From NCBI GenBank assembly GCA_964016885.1, contig OZ024742.1, positions 73,780,001 to 73,844,000 of the forward strand: 64,000 nt of DNA, given 5' to 3'. The DNA comes from Eledone cirrhosa. Lineage: Eukaryota. Under the pieces are notes generated by a model. The model had not been told where the DNA came from, made no database searches, and saw nothing but the letters and a program-made list of their open reading frames with translations. The position numbers were made by a program, and so were the translations under genes. Below, one piece after another: positions 54,070 through 64,000 of the stretch (the stretch's first letter is position 1; each line of letters begins with the position of its first letter).

Positions 54070-54420
54070 CTTCAAAATATTAATAAATATAGACATTCAT
54101 GTGATCGAATATATTTTATTATACATATTTCAGAGGTACTGAGCTATTTCATCAGTACGTCCTCATCAGATAAAATAAATTGATGTCTGACATACCTTAA
54201 CTGTGCTGATGGTTCAATTCCAGTCTTGGCAGACTGATGAAATAGCTCAGTACCTCTGAAATGTGTATAAGAAAATATATTTGATCACATGAATGTCTAT
54301 ATTTATTAATATTTTGAAGTAATATTAATAACTCCAGAAAACATCTTTGTTGAGTGCTTCTAATCTATTGTAAAACTTTATTCATTGATTAATCAATGAA
54401 CCTTGTTAAACCTTTGGTTA
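54066..54420. mobile_element. Head-to-head inverted PLE terminal-repeat pair between (TA)n tracts
   Basis: 54066-54156 is the reverse complement of about 54233-54324; the left arm holds the full hammerhead. Confidence 0.8.
54113..54176 (-). ncRNA. Type I minimal hammerhead ribozyme, intact core
   Basis: ATTTTAT-CTGATGA-GGACGTACTGA(loop)TCAGTACCTCT-GAAA-TATGTA-TA-ATAAAAT. Confidence 0.8.
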
Positions 54421-54430
54421 TATATATATA

Positions 54431-57400
54431 GTAATTATAATAGTAATAATAATAAATTAGAAGACTAAAATCCAAAGAGGGCTCGATAAGGATAAATATA
54501 TATCAAATATATAAGAACCGTAGAGCAAATATTTATTAAAATAACAGATTAAAGTTTAAGCAAAGAATCGCTGCTTTCACACTTTAGGGGATCTTCTGAA
54601 ACTAACAAAGTCAATCTGTGAACTCAGAATTGAAAATTTCAAAAAACGTTGCAACCGGAGGAAGACAGGAAGACGATACTTTGGTTCGTGGAAACGTTCC
54701 CTGGCAAAGAACGGGAAAAAACGAATATAATACGTCATTAATAGGAGCGGTGAAAAACAATTACACGCAAAGACAAAACCACGTTTATGGTATAAAAGAA
54801 GTCGTAGACTAATATTCTATTAGGTGGTTCATAGAGACGTTCTCTGGCAATGAACGGAAAAAACGATAATACGTCATATGTGGAGCGTGGAGAACAATTG
54901 CACGCAAAGACAAAACCACGTAAATGGTATAACTGAAGTCGTAGACTAAAATTCTAACTAGGAAACCGAATGATTCTCGGCTTCAGAGTTAAGAATAAAG
55001 TAAATAAAATACAGAGGTTATTGAAATTAAATAAATACATACACGCTTCCATATACGTACATACTCAAGTATACGCGAAAACACTCGCCATAGGTATACA
55101 AATACACGCCTGTACACAAAAAAACCCGCACGCACATACAGAACCCACGCAACGCCTGTACCCGCACGCCCTCGAATGTATACACCAAATACACATAAAA
55201 ATATATATTAAATATATATATATGTGTGTGTGTGGTGTGTGCGTGTATACATATAATTAAATAAACGTATATAAATAAATACATACGTATATAACGCGCG
55301 CATACACATACCTACATATAAATACACATATGTTCGGAGACAAACGTCAACCAAAACACAAAGTACACATATACACACACCCTACATACGTACGAACCCG
55401 CATACTCACACAGACGCAAAACTCACGTATACACATAACCAAAAGCATATGTACCAGAATATATAATATATACGGCATAACATATACAATCAAATATACG
55501 TACGAGAAAGTATACGTACCTTCACAAAACATACAGGTAATATATACTTACCTATACAAATAAGTAATGGTATAAACATAACATATACTTAGCTACCACA
55601 TCAAGACGTAAAATATCCGCGTATAGTTCGTACTATCCGTTAGGGTATAATGCGGGGCTGTAATACAGGAAAGTTTTGTGCAATTTATGTTTACAAGCCG
55701 AAATTGCCTCGGATTTTTTGTTTAAGATGTGGTCTTTGGCGTAGAGTATTTCCAGGGCATCAGCGGCGCAGAGGTCACATGGTCTTTTATTTCCGTTATA
55801 AGATCTAGCCTTAGATAGGATCTCCCAGTGTAACTTATATTTGGTGTGGTTGTCTTTTAGACTCCAGATATAAGCTGAAAGTGACGTCATATTCCTTCTT
55901 AAAGGGTAACGAAAAGAATGGGTATGCATGTAAAGACGCTGCTTGAATCTATTGACGGTTAACCCTATGTAGGCCCTACGGGACGTGGGTGTTTCAACCT
56001 TACATTTGTAGACAATGTTACTACAGAGACATTTCCCGGATAGGGGGCAGTCAACCCGATTCCTAGAGTTACAGTTAGTACTAACTACAGAGTTGCACGT
56101 GTTCCTACGGCTAGGTAGTTTAGCTAAATTTGAAGCTCTGATGTTATGTGCAAGGTTAGGAGTCGTAGAGTAAGACATTTTAATAGTATTTCTATTAAAA
56201 ATTTTACTATATTTGTGTAGGGGGAAAATGCTTCATAATAAGTGTGAGAAAGATCTGGTGTGGCCACCTCCATATTATATGGTGGGTTATACCATATAAT
56301 GCGTCGGGATCTATTTCTTCTAGTTCTATTCTCGTACTCTGTATATGCTACCTTATCGACAAATCCACTCCGAGCAAGAGCTTCATTGTAATATGTGGAA
56401 TGGTCGTTGAAAATATGCTCGTTAGTAGATAGACGGGAAAGCCTCAAAGAAACGTTTCTTACCAGGTTCTTGGTTATGCTGGCAGGATGGTTAGAATGCT
56501 TACTTATGTAATTAAGCGTATCATTCGACTTTCTATACGGGTAATGCAAGCCATTCGATAAATTGAGGATAACGTCGAGGTAGTTAATGACCGAGAGGTT
56601 GGCCTCAACCTGTATGGAGAGGTTGAAGCCTTTAAAGAAGGCTGTGAGTTCTTTTCTGAACCTGTCGCAAGCACATGGGCCGCACTTAGTCATGGTCAAA
56701 AGACCATCATCACGGTACAAACCACCGCCCACGTTGGGGAATTCTTCCTTGATAGAGAAAAGAAGGAAAAGGCCGATAAGATCAGTAACCTCCGCAGAAT
56801 CGGTGGCGCCCATACTCACGTCGAATGGGGTACTATTAGATTTTTTAATCCAAATAGAGTCATCGAAATTAATCACCGACTTACGGGCATTGAGGATGAC
56901 ATCAACTTCGAAATCCTTAACCACTGTGAGTGTTTTAGCGAAATTGATAGCTCTAAGGAGAAGTGGTAAAGTGATGTAGGAGTAGTAATTATTGATGTCG
57001 AATTGGGTAAAACGGCAATGTTCCTTGTTGCATATGCCGTTGAACCAATCAGTCACCGCGAAAGAATTCTTCCACAGTGCAAGAGGGGCCAAACTTCTAA
57101 TTTCAGGTATAATTCTATCAAGAATCCTTTTACTAAATCTACCTAAATCAGACTTTGTAGGGTTAATAAGCCGAATAGAGGGGTTGTTCGGAAAATTGGA
57201 TTTATGATCCTTCAGGGTAAAGTGGGGAGAAATAGGGTCCAGAGGTTCAGTCCTGTCCAGGATGTTGAGATCAGAGGTGATTTTAAACCCAGCATCGTTG
57301 ATTTCATTAATGACGCTCCGATTAGTTTTACGATAATCCTTAGTTACAGCATTATGTATCAGTTGATGGTAGGTACTGCGCTCCACTTGATATAGATTGT

Positions 57401-57786
57401 CAGTTTTGTCGGAATGGACGCGCACGGCATTAGAATCCTTAATGGAACTAATTCTATTCTTCAGGTCCTGCTGGAAGAAATTGCTCCTATTCCGAAATTT
57501 GATACTCCGTATGAGTTCCAAGATATCATTTTCGAAGGGTAGCAATGGTGGGTTACTCGGAGGGTTATTATAGGTTTTAAACCCAAATTAATCCTGTTTG
57601 TTGTCTGCTTTTCCCTGATTATCGAAATAAAAGGCACGCCAACGCAACCTTTTAATGAACGCGTCTGTTTTCTGTATCAGGAGTTTTAGGTATGATTTCC
57701 TGCTTGGTACGGGTATGTTCTTTGTAGAAATATTCAGATGTTGTTTCTGCATGATGAATATAAGTCAATAGAGTGCTCAACCGAGG

Positions 57787-57788
<2 letters not shown>
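54431..57788 (-). mobile_element. Near-complete Penelope-like retroelement (Naiad-type) between (TA)n tracts
   Basis: Single RT plus GIY-YIG reading frame and a long downstream region with an internal duplication (about 54690-54825 and 54835-54960). Left boundary is inferred. Confidence 0.8.
55633..57752 (-). pseudogene. PLE reverse transcriptase with C-terminal GIY-YIG endonuclease
   Basis: MQKQHLNISTKNIPVP...FIKRLRWRA, one in-frame TAA at 57588-57590, FDINNYY, MGATDSAEV.DL.G, GLYRDDGL, frameshift near 56255, then CPLSGKC..NIVYKC...AYIGLT..FKQR...CDLC...LNKKSE.ISACKH. Confidence 0.9.
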
Positions 57789-57833
<45 letters not shown>

Positions 57834-57836
<3 letters not shown>

Positions 57837-58709
57837 TGGCGGGCTGGGTCTAAAAAATTGGTTGCCAGGAGATGAAGGGGGCCCACCTACATATAAAATG
57901 CTATCATTTCATTTTTATAATGAATAAATAACATTTTCGAAAAATACATAAGTGGACACAAAACAGTGCAATCAAATTTTTGCGGAAAAATATCTTACCT
58001 TCTCCAATCAAAAATATTATGTGCTTTGCGAAATCCAGAGACTTTCAATAATGACCAGAAGTCGACCCTAAATATTACTAATAGCTCTAGGAAAGCCATG
58101 AACGACAGCACCTCTTTTTATCTTTGATTTTGAAAGTAGGTTTATAATTATCAATTTTCATTATGCTTTTGTAGCTGTCTCGGTGGCCGAGTTGGAGGAA
58201 TCATAGACGATGGTGATCCTGGTCTGAAGTTCGATCCTGGTTGGGCGTAGGATTCCCGATAAACCTTTTCAGTTTTTTCTATTGGTTGTAAAATAAAAAC
58301 TGAAAAAGGTTACATGTACCTCTTGACCAGGATCTCCACCATCTCTAGTACCTACTACTAGGCCACAGAGACAACTACAAAAATATAATGAAAATTCATA
58401 CTTATAAACCTACTTTCAACATTTTCAAAACAAAGTGTTGTGGTGTCATTCATTTCTTTCTTAATATTATTGTTCCTACTTAAGGTCGACTTCTAAATCA
58501 GTTGGGTGTTCCATAAACTACATCCTCGTTTTGTTTCACATCTATCTAGACTATATTTTAACCTGTAATCCATGTTTCATTTCTGTTGCACTCCCCCCCC
58601 CCCCCTGTCTCTCTTTCTCTCTGTGATATTTGAATCTACTATGATTTGGGCTTACTTTATTCCTATATATATGTTTTTACATGTCCGATTCAAACTTACA
58701 ATAATTGGC

Positions 58710-58780
<71 letters not shown>

Positions 58781-59540
58781 TGTTTGTTAAAATAATCAAA
58801 TTAAATTAATTCAACAGTTAAACACATATAGGAATAATAAGGTTGTTACCAAAGGGCCAGAAGATTGATAAGACGACCGTAAATATGACTAATAGCTCTA
58901 GTAAAGACATGAACGATACCACATCATTTTAACTTTGATTTTGAAAGTAGGTTTACAATTATCAATTTTCACTGCTGTTGTAGCTGCCTCGGTGGCCTAG
59001 TTAAAGGAATCATAGACGGTGGTGAGCTTGGTCCGAAGTTCGATCCTGGTCGGGAGTAGGGTTCCCGGTAAGCCTTTTGATTTGTTTTCTATTATTTATA
59101 AAATAAAAACTGAAAAAGGTTACATGTACCTCTTGACCAGGATTGGACCCAAGGCCAGGATCTCCACCGTCTCTAGTACCTACTGTTAGGCCACAGAGAC
59201 AACAACGAAATTCTTATGAAAATTTATACTTATAAATCTACTTTCAAAATTTTCAAAACAAAATCATGTGGTGTCGTTCATGTCTTTTTTAATGCTATTG
59301 CTCGTACTTAAGGTCAACTTCTAAATCATTTGGGTGTTCCATAAACTACATCCTCGTTTTGTTTCTCATCTATCTAGACTACATTTTAATCTGCAATCCA
59401 TGTTTCATTTCTATTCCACCTCATTTCTCCCCCCTCCCCTCTCTCTCTTTGTGATATTTGAATCTGCTATGATTTTGGCTTACCTTATTCCTATATATAT
59501 GTTTTTGCATGTCAGATTCAAACTTACAATGATTGGCATT
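57834..59540 (+). mobile_element. hAT-like non-autonomous element with tandemly duplicated palindromic tRNA-like modules
   Basis: Starts CAGTGGCGGGCTGGGTCT; module about 58060-58710 repeated at about 58870-59540; homologous to 15375-16772. Confidence 0.7.
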
Positions 59541-59551
59541 ATATATATATA

Positions 59552-60190
59552 TACTATAAAGTAAAGTATGTCCATAGAATCATTTGATAATATATATACA
59601 TCATTTCCTCTCCCAATTAGCATAATTAACCACACAAAAAATCAATTAGACCAGCCTATAAGATTAAAAGGCACCTATGAAGAAACAGTAAATAAATAAA
59701 CAATAGCAGCCTCTTCGCGGCCAACCGCTATAATCTGTCCTAGCGAGTTTGTCCACTGACGAGTTCGAAACTCGAGATTTATCCTTAATAGGATATCTCA
59801 AAATGAGAACGAACCCATGGGTAGGGATGTAATCCTGGTATGTATATAAGCATTTCTAACTTTAATGTTATACCTAATTGTGTATGGTTGACCGTATATT
59901 TAATTAATTTCCACGTGGTGTTGAAATGTTGGGTAAATATTCTATAGCGGTTGGCCGCGAAGAGGCTGCTATTGTTTATTTATTTACTGTTTCTTCATAG
60001 GTGCCTTTTAATCTTATAGCCTGGTCTAATTGATTTTTTGTGTGGTTAATTATGCTAATTGGGAGAGGAAATGATGTATATATATTATCAAATGATTCTA
60101 TGGACATACTTTACTTTATAGTATATTGCTCTGATTATTTAATTTATTAATTCTTCATTGAGCCACATCGTGAATGGTTGCCAAAACACA
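59552..60190 (+). mobile_element. PLE terminal-repeat-like element with an inverted arm of about 180 bp and a hammerhead in the spacer
   Basis: 59552-59731 is a near-perfect reverse complement of about 59943-60123; diverged relative at 38341-38580. Confidence 0.8.
59751..59828 (+). ncRNA. Hammerhead motif with extended stem II and one A missing from GAAA
   Basis: GTCCA-CTGACGA-GTTC...GAGAT.TATCCT/AGGATATCTC...GAAC-GAA-CCCATGGG-TA-GGGAT. Confidence 0.6.
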
Positions 60191-60225
60191 TATATATCTA
60201 TGACTTTGTTTAATTGGTGTATATG

Positions 60226-60355
<130 letters not shown>

Positions 60356-60580
60356 CAGTGGCGGACTAGTTGTAAAAATATTGGTTGCCAGATAAAGGGG
60401 GCCGGCCCAGCTACATATAGAATGCTATCATGTAATTTTTATAATGAAAAATAACATTTTCAAAGAATACATAAGTCGAAACAATACCTTGCAATCAAAT
60501 TTTTGCGGAAAAATATCTTACCTTCTCCAATAAATATATTATGTATTTTGCGAAATCCAGTGACTTTCAATAATGACCTT
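60356..60580 (+). mobile_element. End fragment of the same hAT-like family
   Basis: CAGTGGCGGACTAG...TTGGTTGCCAG...; aligns with 57834-58057. Confidence 0.7.
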
Positions 60581-60643
60581 TGGTCTTTCACACTCACTCA
60601 ATATATTTATATATATGTGTGTGTGTGTGTGAATGTGTGTGTG

Positions 60644-60722
<79 letters not shown>

Positions 60723-60735
60723 CTCTCTCTCTCTA

Positions 60736-60784
<49 letters not shown>

Positions 60785-60787
<3 letters not shown>

Positions 60788-60987
60788 AACCAGTAAGACC
60801 CCGACAGCTGAGCTCAAGCCGTTTCGACGGCTAATTCTGGACCAGAATTGAGTCCAGAATTAGCCGTCGAAACGGCTTGAGCTCAGCTGTCGGGGTCTTA
60901 CTGGTTCCTATTACCCACTCTACTACCTCAAGTATTGAGTACTTTGGTGCGTTATGGTCCACCTGGTTCCTTACCACATTTCCTTCG

Positions 60988-60989
<2 letters not shown>
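60785..60989 (+). mobile_element. Palindromic half-hammerhead mini-element (copy 3)
   Basis: Homologous to 4608-4786; axis near 60845; (TA)n both sides. Confidence 0.8.
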
Positions 60990-61040
<51 letters not shown>

Positions 61041-61041
<1 letters not shown>

Positions 61042-62757
61042 CTACAACAGACACACCCGAAAACAAAAAACACAACCTCCAAACCATCAGCATTCACCCA
61101 ACCATCACAAACCAAAAAAGACACCACACCAAAAATTCCCCTGAAGGACTCTGTCCCACCCCTTCCCCCTCTGTCAAACACTCCCACAAACACACACATA
61201 AACACTCCACCAGCACACAACATACCCCTCCCACTTACCCACAATGATAACACCTCAGACACAGGAACCTCTACATCTCCAAGCGAGGATGAAGAGGAAC
61301 CTCAAAAATCCAAGAAGCAAAAAAGACACAGAAAAAATACAAAAACAAAAACAACAACAGAAAACACGCACACACCCAGCACTGATATAAACATACCGCC
61401 ACAAACGACAACCACACCAACAACACAACCAGACACTTTACCAACAAAACAAACACCCACACCACCACAATCACAAACCCCAAGCACAAAAATGAAAACT
61501 ACAAATAGAAACAGTACACATAAAAAACAAAACACATTACACATACGTAAAAACAAGAAACAAAGAACTGGTGGAAACTGTCCGAAAGGACCCCACAATA
61601 CAAACGGAAGGGAAAACCTTCCCCGCCAACGACCCACCCCAAACCTTAAACTTATCAAGGTAACAACCCTACAGTACGAAACTTTAAAAGGGAACTTCCC
61701 ACATGATGTGGGCCCCCCTTGCCAAAAACCCTTTAACCGTGTCCTGCTAAAAGGATTCCCTCCCTTCCCATACACCCCCAATCTGGACATGGAGATCGAA
61801 CAACCCGACCTCCAGGAAACGAAAAAATATGTATTCCTGCTTTTTCTCTCCCTAACTCTTCTTCACCAACATGGCGACTATACAAGTTGGATGTTTGAAT
61901 GTACGTGGCCTGGGCATGCCCTGGAAACAGGGTCAGCTTTTAAATGATCTCAGGTCACACTGTATAGATGTGATAGCCATCACCGAGTCCAGGATTCACG
62001 ACAAGCAGCAGCTAACTCCCATGTTCGATGATTTTGAGATGTACGCAACTCTCTGTCAGCCAGGAGGTGGAGAGGGAGTTGTTGTTCTGTTTCGAAAAAA
62101 CTTGGATCTCAAAGTACAGACGATTCACTTGGACCTGGAGGGCAGCCGGGTGGTCCTGGACGTGAATGGTAGTGAAGGTGGAGCTTTCAGACTGGTGGCC
62201 GTATATGCCCCGACTGGAACAACGCGACCAGAGTTTTTCAAGCGTCTTCAGCCATTCCTGGGAACGTCTCGCTCCTTACTGTTAGCAGGGGACTGGAATG
62301 GCATCTTAGACGTACGTTGGGATTATGTAGGAGCTTGTGATAATAGAAGGGGGTGTAATAGCCTAAAAAATCTCATCAGCCAATTCCAACTGGCTGATAG
62401 ATATCGACTAGACTTCCCAAGTGCACCACTGTGGACATGGAGCAACCGCACTGGGCCTTCTAGATCGTATTTAGATAGATTTTTAATTAGACAGAATGAT
62501 AAGGAAACATTAAGCTGTCCACAAATGCACATGGTTGCCTATTCAGACTACAAATTAGTCACCTGCATAGTCAACCTTGATAGAATACATAGACAGGGAC
62601 CCGGATACTGGAAGCTAAACATGCCGCTCCCGGCGTATATATAGTTTATTGTTATTCATTAATGTTAAAGTTATATGAATTTTATGTAAAACCCCCGCCG
62701 TCACGTCTTGTAATGTCCCATATTTGTACGCCCCTGTGGCAAATAAAGAAAGATATA
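61041..62757 (+). mobile_element. Tx1-clade LINE, third family (copy E): ORF1 end, endonuclease, large internal deletion, 3' end
   Basis: ORF 61871-62644 (MATIQVGCLNVRGL...GDWN...SYLDRF...QGPGYWKLN); 3' terminus GCCCCTGTGGCAAATAAAGAAA near 62730-62751 matches copies A-D. Confidence 0.85.
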
Positions 62758-62973
62758 CATATATGTATGTACGTATACACACATACTTACATTTAAGTAA
62801 GTGCCGTACTAAGAGTGAGAAATGAAATTTCGTTTTCATTTTATTTCAACTTATCGTTTTCGGTATGCCTGACCGACTTAGCTCACTCGATATGCAAATT
62901 GGGCTGCTCAGCCGTTGATTTTCGTAAGGAGGGTATATACTTTCGAGCGTTCAACTATCTGGCGGATGGGTGT

Positions 62974-63016
62974 GCGGTGCTGATGATAGCTGGCAAGCTT
63001 GAAGCTGGTACATCGT
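62974..63016 (+). ncRNA. Minimal hammerhead motif (GAAG variant) between direct repeats 62756-62850 and 63316-63410
   Basis: GCGGTG-CTGATGA-TAGCT-GGCA-AGCTT-GAAG-CTGG-TA-CATCGT. Confidence 0.7.
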
Positions 63017-63171
63017 TCCTGTGTCAGTGTTGAACAGGGGGGTGACGTGATGCCTTGACACCGTACGGCATAAAAATTCAGGCTATTCGGTTTGTTTACA
63101 AACGAACAAAGCGGCGTTATGGTGAGCGTCCGCTAGACTGATACGTGCATGTATGTATGTGTACCTGTATG

Positions 63172-63295
<124 letters not shown>

Positions 63296-63409
63296 CATGC
63301 TGCTGTGCGTCTGTATACATATATGTATGTACGTATACACACATACTTACATTTAAGTAAGTGCCGTACTAAGAGTGAGATATGAAATTTCGTTTTCATT
63401 TTATTTCAA

Positions 63410-63504
<95 letters not shown>

Positions 63505-63505
63505 T

Positions 63506-63557
63506 TGACCTTGACGATACAATCTACTATTGTAGGAATTGATTTGGCAGTAGGTCA
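63506..63557 (+). ncRNA. Degenerate hammerhead motif immediately after (TA)n
   Basis: TGACC-TTGACGA-TACAAT-CTACT-ATTGTA-GGAA-TTG..CAG-TA-GGTCA; all three stems pair; two core substitutions. Confidence 0.55.
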
Positions 63558-63759
63558 TAACTTTGAAACCTACTACAGAGCTTGCGATTTCAGAAGAGCA
63601 GTGTAATTGTAATAGTTGAAGAGGCAGATTCAGCAAGTATGAGTTTGTAGCTGTAGTGCGTTGATGTGTGAATCTTTGCTAATTAGCCAAATGCTCTTTT
63701 GGCTGTTTGTATGTATAATATAATATAGCGTGCATCTATATATTACTAAAAGTCTGTGA

Positions 63760-63791
<32 letters not shown>

Positions 63792-64000
63792 CTGTCTGTA
63801 TTGTAATACAGCCAAAAGGGCGCATAATGGGAAAATACTTTGAAAGAAAGTTGTCACTGAAATGCGAATACAAATGGGATAAAACAAGTTTCGCGTAAAT
63901 CAGACCACGTGTTTCCGAGATATGGGGTTTTCTGGGTACTTTCACAGAGAGAGAAGGATAGAAAGAAAGAGATAGTGGTTGTGAGAGAGTAGATTGAGAG

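Noticed and set aside
54560-54605. CAGAAGA...GAAA motif in the PLE downstream region
   Set aside because: Stems I and III do not pair.
58171-58250. Functional tRNA gene
   Set aside because: A and B boxes are present but there is no complete cloverleaf; it is part of a repeat.

Overview
Eukaryotic, gene-poor, repeat-dense genomic DNA. The SINE, LINE and microsatellite mix is typical of an invertebrate, most plausibly an octopus or other cephalopod (inferred, not verified). No intact host gene is recognisable, and most ORFs in the track are microsatellite artefacts. Retroelements: a tandem stack of Tx1/L1-clade LINEs in (GATA)n tracts, several RTE-clade LINE remnants (one with a 5' inversion and an 11-bp target-site duplication, TSD), a short bipartite RTE-derived element in (TATG)n, an RLE-type non-LTR fragment, a CR1-type 3' end, tRNA-type SINEs, and a near-complete Penelope-like element (PLE; RT plus GIY-YIG, Naiad-type). 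DNA elements: two Chapaev3-type transposons with 3-bp TSDs (one nested in a Helitron remnant) and hAT-like non-autonomous elements carrying inverted tRNA-like modules. There is also a 3.6-kb 14-bp minisatellite. The main hidden signal is a set of about ten type I minimal hammerhead ribozyme (HHR) motifs in short non-coding islands between microsatellite tracts, mostly (TA)n; three have an intact core. One pair forms a 445-nt tandem retrozyme-like unit. Several palindromic mini-elements fold back exactly in hammerhead stem II, and their arms share copy-private substitutions. All folds were read by eye and none was computed.
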